NCBI GenBank assembly: GCA_030390025.1 | Contig: CM059432.1 | Span: forward strand, 111,416,001-111,480,000 | Direction: 5' to 3' | Length of the DNA: 64,000 nt | Source: Squalus acanthias | Lineage: Eukaryota | In this document: positions 24,831 through 37,382 of the stretch, in pieces | How positions within the stretch are numbered: position 1 is the first letter of the stretch | How the letters are laid out: each line of letters starts with the position of its first letter | Translations under genes and position numbers: made by a program | The notes under the pieces: model-generated | What the model was told of the DNA's origin: nothing | The model's database searches: none | Seen by the model: only the letters and a program-made list of their open reading frames with translations

Positions 24831-26719
24831 TATTAAACATTTGGATAAAAATGAGTTTGAGCTCTAAGCTTTGATCTAATTTCTGTATCTTCCGTCTGCC
24901 TAGTGATATTTGATGCGCCCACTGGTATGTCTTCAGATGTGTGGCTCTTGATTCAGAAGGATGTGTCCCAATTAACACAGGTAAGTGATTGTGAAGCCAG
25001 TTGAATCGTATGGATTAAGAGCCCTAACATTGTATGAGTTGGATACTGGTGGCTGCTGCCTCTGAGCGTTACATAATTCCTTTGCCTTTGAATGAAGCTC
25101 ACTAAACATTTATGAAGAACTATGTAGCAAGCTGTTAGTTCTAAACACTTTTAGTTTTAGAATTTTGAATTGCACAAAACAATAGCTACAAGAAAGGGGG
25201 AAAAAAAAAGCTAAATTATGAATATAGGAAAATTTTCAGCAAGTCAACATCACACCATATAAAGCAAAATAGCAATATTACAGTAAAAACTGAAGTGCAA
25301 GTGCATAATTTCAAACACCTGAGGCAAAATAAAGGCAACCAACAGTAACATAGCAAGATTGAATAAGCTAAAACAAGGGACGAGGAGAAAGTCTCGACCA
25401 AGATTAAGCAGAAGAGACCGATTAGAGGCTCATTCAGGCCAATTTTAATGGTGGTTGGGACAGGGAGAGTAAGTCATGGAGTGTACACCAGGAAAGGTCT
25501 TGGGCATGATTTTGGGTGCTGAAGGATAAGCCAACAATAGAGAGCTATGGAAAATTGATGACTTACTGATGTGGAACTGCCTGAGACTATGTCAGAGAGT
25601 GTGCATTTTGAAACCTAACTATCTGCCAAATATCATAGATCATAGAATAATACAACACAGAAGGAGGCCGTTCAGTCCATCGAGTCTGTGCCGGATTTTT
25701 CGAAGAGCAATCCAGTCAGTCCCACTCCCCCGCTCTTTCCCCATATCCCTGCAATTTTTTGTCTTTCAATTATTTATCAAACTCCCTTTTGAAGGCTACA
25801 ATTGATGCTGTATCCATCGCCCTATCAGGCAGTGCATTCGAAATCTTAACCACCCGTTGCGTGAAAAGGTTTTCCTCATGTCAACTCTTAAATCTGTGCT
25901 CTCTCGTAATCGACCCTTCAGGCATTATAAACAGTTTCCCTTTATGTACTCTATATAAACCTTCCATGATTTTAAACACCTCTATCAAATCTCCTCTTAG
26001 CCTTCTCTGCTCTAAGGAGAACAAACCCCAGCTTCTCCAGTCTATCCATGTAACTGTAATCCCTCATCCCTGGAACCATTCTAGTAAATCTCTTCTGTAC
26101 CCTCTCCAAAGTCTTCACGTCCTTCCTAAAGTGTGGTGCCCAGAATTGGACACAATACTCCAGCTGGGGCTGAACTAGTGTTTTATAGAGGTTTAGCATA
26201 ACTTCCTGGCTTTTCCTACTCTATGGGCTCGATTTTAATAGCCCTGAGGAGGCGGGTCGGCAACGAAAATCGGAAAAAATGGCTTCAGACATCCAACCCA
26301 CCTCCATCCCGTCCCCACCTGATTTTCATGAGTGTCTGTTCAGCCGCTCCCAAACTGACCTGATGGGACAGGTAGTTAAGGCAGTTAATAGCCTGTTAAC
26401 TGCCTTGATAATTCTATTTTGATAGTGGTTTCCCATTTTCGTGCCTCTGGCTCCTGTTTCCCGTCTTGTCAGAAACAGGCCAGCTGCAGGGAGACGAGTT
26501 TCTCGAGGAAATGGTTTGTAGTAATTGGTGTAGCACTTTAAAAGTGCTCCTGTAACATGGCTGACATTCAAATACAACAACCCTGTTGTTGGAGGTTTGG
26601 GATAAGATTTTGCAAATCTACTGACCTTGACGGTTCAAGCTGACAGTCATCTGCAGTGTGACCTGATAGGAATAATTTCAAGCCATTTCTAGTGTGCGCT
26701 TGCAAGCTTCTTACCTCAA

Positions 26720-27947
26720 GTGAAATCTATAGCAATGGGATGGGAAACATTTAACATCCTCTCATCCTGGTCGTCCGATTCGGAGAAAGAGCACCACAAC
26801 CAGGCACAACAGCAGCACCAGGAGCGCCAACAACCTCCTCACCCACCTGATGATACACAGGGCAGAGGGCCTCAGCGCAGGGCTGCACTTTGCCGCAGGA
26901 GATATCCCCAACACAGGGTTTACAGGCAGAGGGTCAGCTTCCTCAGCATGACTGAGCAGCAGTGCCAAAGGAGGCTGAGACTTTCGAGAGATGTAGTCAC
27001 TGACATCTGCGCAATGCTGCACCAACACCTGGAGCCCAGAGGAGCGTGTGGACACTCCTTACCAGTGGCTGTCAAAGTCACCACCACGCTCAACTTCTTT
27101 GCTTCGGGCTCCTTCCAGGGATCAGCTGCAGAAATCAGCGGCATCTCCCAGTCGGCCGCGCACACCTGCAGTCACGCAGGTCACCAATGCCCTCTTTGCA
27201 AAGGCCCACAATTATATCCACTTCTCCACGGATGGCCCAAGTGTGACGGCGCGTGCAGTTGGCTTTGCCAATATGGCAGGCTTGCCAATAGTGCAGGGCG
27301 TCATAGACTGCACACATGTAGCCATTAGGGCCCCCTATCACAACCCAGCTGTATTTGTCAACCACAAGGGATTCCACTCCCTGAACGTCCAGCTGGTGTG
27401 TAACCACCGGAAGATCATCATGCATGTTTGCGCCAAGTACCCTGGCAGTTGCCATGACTCCTTCATCCTGCGCCAGTCTACTGTGCCTCAGCTCTTCCAT
27501 CCGCCAAACCTACTTTCCGGATGGCTTCTTGGCGACGAGGGCTATCCCCTGAAAAAGTGGCTCATGACACCGATGAGGAGGCCATCAAACGAAGCTGAGG
27601 AGCGGTACAATGTGAGTCACATTTCCACCAGCAGCATCATCGAGCAAACCATCGGCATGCTCAAAATGCGCTTCCGATGCCTCGGCAGATCTGGAGGAGC
27701 CTTGCAATATGCACCAGCCAGGGTGTCCAGAATCGTCGTGGTCTGCTGTGCCCTGCACAACATCGCACAGCAGCGCGGCTTAGTGCTGCCGCATGAACAA
27801 GTGACTCAGCACACAGCCTCCTCGGAGGATGAGGATGAGGACGGGGAGCGATGCTTTGCGGGGCCGGATGTGGCCAATCCAGCAGCAGGCGAACACATTG
27901 CTGGCTGTCAGGCAAGGGATGCACTCATCCATGCCAGATTCGCGTAA
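26720..27947 (+). pseudogene. Harbinger DDE transposase, near-intact with a single frameshift at ~27170
   Basis: [20 protein letters not shown] then [68 protein letters not shown]..acidic tail..[10 protein letters not shown]. Confidence 0.92.
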
Positions 27948-28129
27948 GCTTACGCTTCAACCACAGGTGGCTGGCACATGGAGATGAATATAAGTCCGAT
28001 ATTCTCAAAACCCCAGGCATCATCTGTCTACTAAAGCTCAGTGTCACCACCAACATTCTACATGGCATTCGCCCTGAGCCCTCACTCTTGAACTTCCATT
28101 TCCCAGAACACAGAGGCCACACATTAGGT

Positions 28130-28362
28130 GATCTCAGCAGATCATTGAACCTTTTTCAACACTGAACCCATGTGCGTCTGCACACAGACCTCGAGCTCAC
28201 CTCCTCAGCAATTTGCAGCCAAGCTGCCTTTGTTTGCTGAGGAGTCCTCCTCCTTCCGTTTCCAGGGAAGAGGACCTCCTGACGTCCTCTAACTCCCTCC
28301 ACAAGAGCATGGAGAGAGCCCCCATTGAACCTGGCTGCAGCCTTAGTTTTTGGGGCTGCCAT
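28130..28362 (-). pseudogene. Myb/SANT-like partner ORF, N-terminal domain only
   Basis: MAAPKTKAAARFNGGSLHALVEGVRGRQEVLFP..KAAWLQIAEEVSS..RRTWVQC*KRFNDL. Confidence 0.82.
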
Positions 28363-28898
28363 TCCTGCAGCAGTCAGCAACTTTTAAGAGAAAAAAGCAT
28401 TAATTTTACTAAGCAAATGATTGGAACACATCTGGCATATTTTTCATTTCTTAGTCACATACTACATTGATAGATAAAAAAATCATACATGTCTTTCTGG
28501 AATAATATGACCAGCAATTTAATTCAATTATTTGTGTTCACACCAGCCGCTGTCAACTCCTCTTTCTAGATAATACAGCACCAAGCCATTCCAGTTACAT
28601 TTTTTGCAAAGGGGACATGGCCCCTTTAAATTTTTACTCCAAAAACGCGTCATCAGACAAGAGAAACTGACATGCTCCAAGCAATTGCCTGGAGGGACCC
28701 GCCCGTTGGCCATAACAAGGCCAATCAAGCAAAAATTGGAACTGCGGGCTGGCGGCATCCGGGAGCGAGTCCGAAAGCTGCTGAGCAGCGGGCCCGCCCT
28801 CAACCCACCTCCTCTATAAAAATCGAGCCCTTTGCCTTTATTTATAAAGCCCAGGATCCCATATGCTTTATTATCTGCTCTGTTAACCTGTCTTGTCA

Positions 28899-30170
28899 CA
28901 TAGAAACATAGAAGATAGGAGCAGGAGTAGGCCATTCGGCCCCTCGAGCCTGCTCCGCCATTCGATGAGATCATGGCTGATCATGCAAACTCAGTACCCT
29001 GTCCCTGCCTTCTCCCCATATCCCTTGATCCCTTTAGCCTTAAGAAATATATCTAACTCCTTGAATATATTTACTGACTTGGCCTCAACTGCCTTCTGTG
29101 GTAGAGAATTCCACAGGTTCACCACTCTCTGGGTGAAGAAATTCCTCCTCATCTCTGTCCTAAATGGCTTACCCCTTATCTTTAGACTGTGACCTCTTGT
29201 TCTGGACTCACCCGCCATCGGGAACATCCTTCCTGCATCCAGTCTGTCTAGCCCTGTTAGAATTTTATAAGTTTCAATGAGATCTCCTCTCATTCTTCTA
29301 AACTCCAGCGAGTATAAGCCCAATCGACCCAATCTCTCCTCGTACGTCATTCCTGCCATCCCAGGTATCAGTCTGGTGAATCTTCGCTGCACACCCTCCA
29401 TGGCAAGAACATCCTTCCTCAGATAAGGCGACCAAAACTGCACACAATACTCAAGGTGTGGTCTCACCAAGGCCCTGTACAACTGCAGCAAGACATCCTT
29501 GTTCCTGTACTCGAATCCTCTCGCTACGAAGGCCAACATACCATTTGCCTTCTTAACCGCCTGCTGTACCTGCATGCTTACCTTCAGCGACTGGTGCACA
29601 AGGACACCCAGGTCTCGTTGCACTTCCCCTTTTCCCAATCTATTGCCGTTCAGATAATAATCTGCCTTCCTGTTTTTGCCACCAAAGTGGATAACCTTGC
29701 ATTTATCCACATTATACTGCATCTGCCATGCTTCTGCCCAATCACCCAACCTGTCCAAATCATACTGGAGTTTCTCGGCATCCTCCTCGCAGCACACACG
29801 CCCACCCAGCTTTGTGTCATCTGCAAACTTGGAGATATTACATCTAGTTCCCTCGTCTAGATCATTAATATATATAGTGAATAGCTGGGGTCCTAGGACC
29901 GATCCCTGCGGAACCCCACTAGTCACTGCCTGCCACTCGGAAAAAGACCCGTTTATTCCAACCCTTTGCTTCCTGTCTGCCAACCAGTTCTCTATCCAAG
30001 TCAGTACCTTGCCCCCAATCCCATGTGCTTTAACTTTGCACGCTAATCTCTTATGCGGGACCTTATCGAAAGCCTTCTGAAAGTCCAAATACACCACATC
30101 CACTGGTTCTCCCTTATCTATTCTATCAGTTACATCCTCAAAAAATTCCAGCAGATTAGTCGAGCACGAT
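28899..30170 (-). mobile_element. Young CR1 LINE, 5'-truncated, with an uninterrupted RT C-terminal ORF (~390 aa)
   Basis: ORF 28991..30226 has [34 protein letters not shown] and WNSLP with no stops. The tail is TTCTATGT repeats. Confidence 0.95.
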
Positions 30171-31039
30171 TCACCTTCAATGATTTGTGCACAAGCACCC
30201 CCAGGTTTCTCTGTTCTTGTACCCACTTTAAAATTGTACCATTTAGTGTGTATGGTCTCTCCTCATGCTTCCTACTAAAACGTATCCCCTCACTATTCTG
30301 TGTGGAATTTTATGTGCCATGTGTCCACCCATTCCAGCAGCCTGTCTATGTCCTCTTGAAGTCTATTACTATCTTCCTCACTGTTTACTTCACTTCCAAG
30401 TTTCATGTCATTTGCATTATTTTGAAATTGTGCCCTGTACCCCGAAGCCCAAGTCATTAATGTATATCACAAACAGCAGTGGTCCTAGTACTGAACCTTG
30501 GGGAACACCACTGTATACGTCCCTCCAGTCTGAAAAACAGCCATTCACCACAGCTCTCTGTTTTCTATCCCTTAGCCAATTTTGTATCCATGCTGCTACT
30601 GCCTCTTTTATCCCATTGGCTTCAATTTTGCTAACAAGCCTAGTATGTGGTATTTTATCAAACACCTTTTGAAAGTCCATATACACAGCATCAACTGCAC
30701 TGCCCTCATCCACCCTCTCTGTTACCTCATCAAAAAACTCAATCAAGTTAATCAAACACGACTTCCCCTTAACAAATCCCTGCTGGCTCTCCTTTATTAG
30801 TCCATACTTGTCCAAGTGGTTGGTAATTTTCTCCCAGATTATTGTTTCTAAAAGCTTCCCCACCACCAATGTTAAACTGACTGGGCTGTAATTGCCAGGT
30901 TTATCCTTCTCTCCATTTTTGAACAAGGGTGTAACATTTGCAATCCTCCAGTCCTCTGGCACCACCCCTGTATCTAAGGAGGTTTGGAAGATTGTGGCCA
31001 ACACCTTAGAAAGGGTACAGAGGAGGATTACCAGGATTT

Positions 31040-31693
31040 TTTTTTAAATATTAGTTTATGGGATGTTGGCGTCGCTGGCAAGGCCAGCCTTTATTGCCCA
31101 TCCCTAATTGCCCTCGAGACGGTGGTGGTGAGTCGCCTTCTTGAACCGCTGCAGTCCGTGTGGTGAAGACACTCCCACAGTGTTGTTAGGTAGGGAGATC
31201 CAGGATTTTGACCCAGTGATGATGAAGGAATGGCGATATACTTCTAAGTCAGGATTGTGTGTGACTTGGAGGGGAACTTGGAGGTGGTGGTGTTCCCATG
31301 CGCCTGCTGCCCTTGTCCTTCTAGGTGGTAGAGGTCGCGGGTTTGGGAGGTGCTGTCGAAGAAGCCTTGGCGAGTTGCTGCAATGCATCTTGTAGATGGT
31401 ACACACTGCAGCCACGGTGCGCCGGTGGTGGAGGGAGTGAATGTTTAAGGTGGTGGATGGGGTGCCAATCAAGTGGGCTGCTTTGTCCTGGATGGTGTCG
31501 AGCTTCTTGAGTGTTGTTGGAGCTGCACTCTTCCAGGAAAGTGGGGAGTATTCCATCACACTCCTTACTCGTGCTTTGTAGATGGTGGAAAGGCTTTGGG
31601 GAGTCAGGAGGTGAGACACTCGCTACAGAATACCCAGCCTCTGACCTGCTCTTGTTGCCACAGTATTTATGTGGCTGGTCCAGTTAAGTTTCT
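31040..31693 (-). mobile_element. 3' end of a second CR1-group LINE (Zenon-like; family uncertain)
   Basis: IYKARVRSVMEYSPLSW..LKKLDTIQDKAA..IHSLHHRR, with an A-rich tail. Confidence 0.8.
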
Positions 31694-32162
31694 AGTGTTA
31701 CCAGGGATGAAGGACTTCAGTTATGAGGAAAGGTTGGAAAAGTTAGGAATGTTCTCCTTGGAGCAGAGAAGGTTAAGAGGTGACCTAATTGAGGTTTTCA
31801 AGATGATGAGAGGGTTTGATAGAGTAGATAGGGAAAAACTATTCCCTCTGGCAAGTGGGTCAATAACTCGAGGTCATAGATTTAAAATCATTGGCAAAAG
31901 ATCGAGAGGGGAGATGAGGAGAAATGTTTTCACTCAGAGTTGTTGGGATCTGGAACGCTCGACCTGAAAAGCTGGTGGAAGCTGATTCCATAAATAATGT
32001 TAAAACGGAGTTGGGCAGGTTCTTGAGGATGAGGCACTTACAGGGTTACGGACAAAAGGTGGGGGTGTGGGACTAAGCACAACTGCTCTTTCAAAGAGCT
32101 GGCACAGGCACGACGGGCCGAATGGCCTCCTCTGTGCTGTAAGTTTCTATGGTTCTATGATT
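31694..32162 (+). mobile_element. CR1 3' fragment
   Basis: YEERLEKLGMFSLEQRRLRGDLIEV..TRGHRFK, with a TTCTATG tail. Confidence 0.88.
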
Positions 32163-32489
32163 GTCTTGTGTTTTATACTCTTCTCCCACCAACTTTCTTC
32201 TTCCTTAATGCACTGCCCTCAGAAATAAGTAGATAAAATTTGGAGGTAAATTTTTGCCATGAATGCTTCTGGTTGAGAGCTTTTTGGCATGGGAGCACAC
32301 ATCAGGAATGTGGGTTTATGCACCCTCACGATTTTCTTTTCTTTCAAGATGAACCTTTACCCCATTGTCGGTTGCATTCTCACCTCTGAGAATATGGGTT
32401 CAAGCTCCACAGCAGGATTTAGCACGTAACCTAGGCTCACATGTCAGTGTGCTTCATTGTTGTAGGCACTGTCCTTCTGGTGGGACATT

Positions 32490-34110
32490 AACGTAATTAA
32501 TATAAGATGAGAAAAAGTACTAGAGAAACTAATGGGTCTAAAAGCTGACAAATCCCCTGGACCTGATGTCCTACATCCTCTGGTTCTAAAAGAGGTGGCT
32601 GAAGAGATAGTGGATGCATTGGTTTTGATCTTCCAAAATTCCCTAGATTCTGGAATGGAAGGTCGCGAATGTAACACCGCTATTCAAGAAAGGAGGGAGA
32701 GAAAAAACAGGGAACTACAGGCCAGTTAGCCTGACATCAGTCATCGGGAAAATACTGGAATCTATTAAGGAAGTGGTATCAAGTTATTTAGAAAATCATA
32801 ACATGGTTAGGCAGAGTCAACATGGTTTTAGGAAAGGGAAATCGTGTTTGACAAATTTATTAGAGTTTTTTGAGGATGTAACTAGCAGGGTAGATAAAGG
32901 GGAACCAGTGGATGTAGTATATTTGGATTTCCAAAAGGCATGCGATAAGGTGCCACATAAAAGGTTATTACACAAGATTAGGGCTCATGGGGTTGGGGGT
33001 AATATAGTAGTATGGATAGAGGATTAGTTAATGGACAGAAAAGAGAGAGTAGGGATAAACAGATCTTTTTCAGGTTGGCAGGCTGTAATTAGTGGGGTGC
33101 CGCAAGGATCAGTGTTGGGGCCTCAGCTATTTACAATCTATATTAATGACCTAGATGAAGGGACCGAGTGTAATGTATCCAAGTTTGCTGATGATACAAA
33201 GCTAGGTGGGACAGTAAGCTGTGAGGAGAACACAAAGAGTCTGCAAAGGGATATAGATAGACTAAGTGAGTGGGCAGTAAGGTGGCAGATGGAGTATAAT
33301 GTAGGGAAATGTGAGGTTATTCACTTTGGTAGGAATAATAGAAAAACAGAATATTTTTTAAATGGTGAGAAACTTTCAAATGTTGGTGTTCAGAGAGATT
33401 TGGGTGTCCTCGTGCAAGAAACACAGAAAGCTAGCATGCAGGTACAGCAAGCAATAAGGAAGGCAAATGGCATGTTGGCCTTTATTGCAAGGGGGTTGGA
33501 GTATAAGAGTAAGGAACTCTTGCTACAATTGTACAGGGCCTTGGTAAGACCACACCTGGAGTACTGTACACAGTTTTGGTCTCCTTATCTAAGGAAGGAT
33601 ATACTTGCCTTGGAGGCAGTGCAACGAAGATTCACTGGACTGATTACTGGGATGAGAGGGCTGTCCTATGATGAGAGATTGTGTAGAATGGGCCTATACT
33701 CTCTGGAGTTTAGAAGAATGAAAGGTGATCTCATTGAAACATAAGATTCTGAAGGGGATTGACAGGGTAGATGCTGAGAGGTTGTTTCCCCTGGCTGGAG
33801 TGTCTAGAACTAGGGGGCATAGTCTCAGGATAAGGGGTAGGCCATTTAAGACTGAGATGAGGAGGAATTTGTTCACTCAGAGAGTTGTGAATCTTTGAAA
33901 TTCTCTGCCCCAGAGGGCTGTGAATGCTGAGTCTTTGAGTATATTCAAGGCTGAGATAGATAGATTTTTGGACTCTAGGGGAATCAAGGGATATGGAGAT
34001 TGGGCGGGAAAGTGGAGTTGAGGTCGATGATCAGCCATGATCTTATTGAATGGTGGAGCAGGCTCGAGGGGGCCGTATGGCCTACTCCTCTTATTTCTTA
34101 TGTTCTTATT
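32490..34110 (+). mobile_element. CR1 LINE RT and 3' UTR
   Basis: [39 protein letters not shown] and RPHLEY. Confidence 0.93.
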
Positions 34111-34139
34111 AAAGAGAGGCTATCTCTACAAGATCAGCT

Positions 34140-34410
34140 TTTTTTTAAATTCCTTCGTGGGGCGTGGGCTTTGCTAGAATGGGCAGCATTTATTGCCCAT
34201 CCCTAGTTGTCCAGGGAATGAGGTGGTGGGCTTTTTTCTTGTACCACTGCAGTATTCTTTGTAGCAGTTTTGATACAACTGGCTTGCTCGGCCACTTCAG
34301 ATAGCAATTAAGAGTCAAACACATTGGTGTGGGACTGGAGTCACATATAGGCAGGTTTCCTTCCCTGAAGGATATTAGTAAATTAGTTGGGTTTTTACAA
34401 CAATCTTGGT
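34140..34410 (-). mobile_element. 3' fragment of the tRNA-derived SINE seen at 59425-59850
   Basis: Shares CAGCATTTATTGCCCATCCCTA and GGAGTCACATATAGG..TTTCCTTCCCT blocks with that SINE. Confidence 0.65.
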
Positions 34411-34529
34411 CATGATATTAAATGGGGGAATTGCTGAGTTGATCCTAGGGATCTGTTTCTAATCTACAATAGCAACTTATTCGAAAACTGAATACAAACT
34501 GGTCAGACCTACAGATAATGCCATACTCG

Positions 34530-35010
34530 GTGGGCCAGTCAAGTCCAGGAGCTACAAAATTAGACAGATAAAATATATAAGTGGATGAAACAGTGGGAGA
34601 AGAAATTCAATAGAGATAAGCATAAAGTATTGCACATTGGAATAAAAACTGATGACATTCCTTGTGAAATGAAAAGAGATCTCGGAGTTTTCATCAGTAC
34701 TTCACATGTCCATTCACACTGGAGCAGTAATCAACAAAGCAAACAGAATGCTGACACGCATTGTTAAATCAGTGGAATCCAAGTCCGGGGATTTCAGTCT
34801 AAAGCTGTACAATGCTCTGATCAGACTGCACCTCGAGTACTGTGGCTAATTTTGGTCAGTGAAAAACAAGAGGTGGTGGAGAGAAAATCCATGAGGCTGA
34901 TCCCTAGCATTGGGGAAATTAAATATCAGGAAGGACTGGAGAAAATTGGGCTCTGCAGCTTTGAATAGAGGTGACTGGGAGGGGATCCTATAAAGTTATA
35001 TAAGATTATA
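34530..35010 (+). mobile_element. Old, highly decayed CR1 RT fragment
   Basis: QWEKKFNRDKHKVLHIG and LYNALIRLHLEYCG-like remnants. Confidence 0.6.
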
Positions 35011-35020
35011 AACAATATAT

Positions 35021-35340
35021 AAGCTCCCACAAACAGCAATGTGACAATGACCAGGTAACTAGTTTTTTTAGTGATGTTGGTTGAGGGATAAATGTTGGCC
35101 AGGACACTCCCCTGCTCGTCTTCAAAATAGTGCCATGGGATCTTTTACATCCACCTGAGAGAGCAGACGGGACCTCGGTTTAACGTCTCATCTGAAAGAC
35201 GGCATCTCCCACAGTGCAGCACTCCCTCAGCACTGCACTGGAGTGTCAGCCTAGATTTTGTGTTGAAGTCCCTGGAGTGGGATTTGAACTCTCAACCTCC
35301 TGATAGAGCCGAGAGTGCTACCAACTGAGCCACGCCTGAC
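35021..35340 (-). mobile_element. DeuSINE (SacSINE1-like), head and Deu domain
   Basis: Minus-strand head GTGGCTCAGTTGGTAGCAC..GAGTTCAAATCCC (A and B boxes). Highly similar to 50150-50485. Confidence 0.85.
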
Positions 35341-36479
35341 TAGGGCGTTAGGTAGGGAATTTCAGGATATTGACCCAGTGGCAATGAAGGAAAGTCGGTA
35401 GCTGTCCAAGGTAGGGATGGATGAAGGGAATAATGATGTTCCCATGATTTTGCTGCTCTTGTCCTTTTTGGTGGTAGAGGTCACAGGACCTGGAGGTGCT
35501 TGCTGAGTTGTTACATAGTGCATCCTGTAGATAGTACGTACTGCAACCACAGTGCGCACAGTGGAGGGGATCGATATCGATTCCAAAAACAAAAAGCTAG
35601 CCTAGTGATTCTGTCAGAATCTGGATGTTCATATCCTGCTCTAAAACACCGATTTAGTTTTCTTTCGATTGGGCTACTGTTTAAAATTCTATATTATAGC
35701 CCGTATGAGGGGCTGAATTACTGACAGCACAAAATTGGATATAAGAGTATTGAAGTTTTTTTTTGCTGTATTTATCCACTTACTTGAATTAAAGTAATTT
35801 CCTACCAGATTTTGCAATCAGAAAATATCAGATATGGGGACAAAATCATTGGAAAAGTCTTCCACTGATTCTCATCAATATAAATTAACCTGAGAGAAAT
35901 GCTTGTCAATAGTTGAATAGATTTTCTGTGTGTATTTACTGTTTACTGAATGGATTTATTGGAAAATTAATGTTGTATGATGTTGCCTCTGATTTGCAAT
36001 GTCTTTCTGTCAAGTGTTATAAAGTTGCTTCAAATTGCTCACTTATTATAGTGCCGCTAACTGCCACTGAGAACTCGAGTTCTGCGTTTCCTGATCTTTC
36101 TCTATATAGAAGCACTGTACTTGCAAAAAAAAACTTTTCGATTTGGATGGTGTTTCAGAGGCCGAAGATGTGCCAAAATACCAGTGTAATTTAGATTAAA
36201 GCACGAGCTTTACCGCTGTTCTCCTCTAGATCTGCATCCCACAAAAATGTTTGTGGATAAGGAGCTTTGAGGGTAATAGTGCAGATGGTTATACCATATA
36301 GTTAAATTCTGCTAACTTATTTCAGACTGCCGTAACTGTAAATGTGGTGTTTGCCTCTTGATCACAAACTTAAGCTCTGAAGCTGCCTTTTACTTGAATC
36401 TGCCAAGGCGCTATATAAATGCAAGTCTTTCTTTCTTTTATCTTTATCTCCGAGTGTTTGTAATTTGATTAGGCAATCT

Positions 36480-37275
36480 AAATCAACAACAACTTGTATC
36501 TATAGAAGAAAGAAAAGAAAGACGTGCATTTCTATAGTGCCTTTCACGACCACCGGACGTCCCAAAGCACTTTACAGCCAATGAAGTACTTTTTGAAGTG
36601 TAGTCACTGTTGTAATATAGCGCCTTTAACATAGTAAAACGTCCCAAGGCGCTTCAGAGGAGTATTGTAAGACAAAATATTTGACACGAGCCACATAAGG
36701 AGAAATTAGGGCAGATGACCAAAAGCTTGATCAAAGAGGTAGGTTTTAAGGAGTGTCTTAAAGGAGGAAAGAGGTGGAGAGGCAGAGAGGTTTAGGCAGG
36801 GAATTCCAGAGCTTAGGGCCGAGGCAGCTGAAGGCACGGCTGCCAATGGTTGAGCGATTATAATCAGTGATGCTCAAGAGGGCAGAAATTGAGGAGCGCA
36901 GATATCTCGGTGGGCGGGGTGGGGTTTGTGGGGCTAGAGGAGATTACAGAGATAGGGAGGGGCAAGGCCATGGAGGGATTTGAAAAAAAGGATGAGCATT
37001 TTGAAATCGAGACATTGCTTAACCGGGGGAACAATGTAGGTCAGTGAGCACATGGGTGATGGTTGAACGGGACTTGGTGCGAGTTAGGACATGGGCAGCC
37101 GAGTTTTGGATGACCTCAAGTTTACATAGGGTAGAACGTGGGAGGCCGGCCAGGAGTGCGTTGGAATAGTCAATAGAAGTAACAAAGGCATGGATGAGGG
37201 TTTCAGCAACAGATGAGCTGAGACAAGGGCGAAGACGGGCGATGTTACGGAGGTGGAAATAGGCGGTTTTAGTTA
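36480..37275 (-). mobile_element. L2 LINE 3' end with an inserted DeuSINE tail (~36505-36615)
   Basis: Reverse complement resembles the L2 3' segment at 54020-54475, with a (GTT)n-type tail. Confidence 0.75.
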
Positions 37276-37382
37276 TTGGTCTCCGTTAACCAATGAAAGA
37301 ATAAAAACTCTGTTGAACTCAATAAAAGGAATTCATGATTATCAATGGCACTGTGCCATTGAATGGTAGGACTTGGGCTCAC

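Larger units (their letters stand above)
26225..28830 (+). mobile_element. PIF/Harbinger transposon, 2.6 kb, with 17-bp TIRs
   Basis: Left end GGGCTCGATTTTAATAG versus reverse-complemented right end GGGCTCGATTTTTATAG (16/17). The 3-bp flanks are TAT and TTT. Transposase (+) is convergent with a Myb-like ORF (-). Confidence 0.93.
25635..31005 (-). mobile_element. CR1 LINE (RT and 3' UTR) interrupted by a Harbinger (26225-28830) and a younger CR1 (28899-30170)
   Basis: Collinear pieces: 30417..31004 ([21 protein letters not shown]), 30171-30420, 28831-28898 (KAYGILGFINKG) and 25972..26199 (QLEYCVQFWAPH). Confidence 0.85.

Noticed and set aside
9977..27947. Domesticated HARBI1 or NAIF1/MSANTD host genes
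   Set aside because: The copies are multiple, frameshifted, TIR-bounded and inserted into LINEs, so they are transposons. No gene symbol was assigned.
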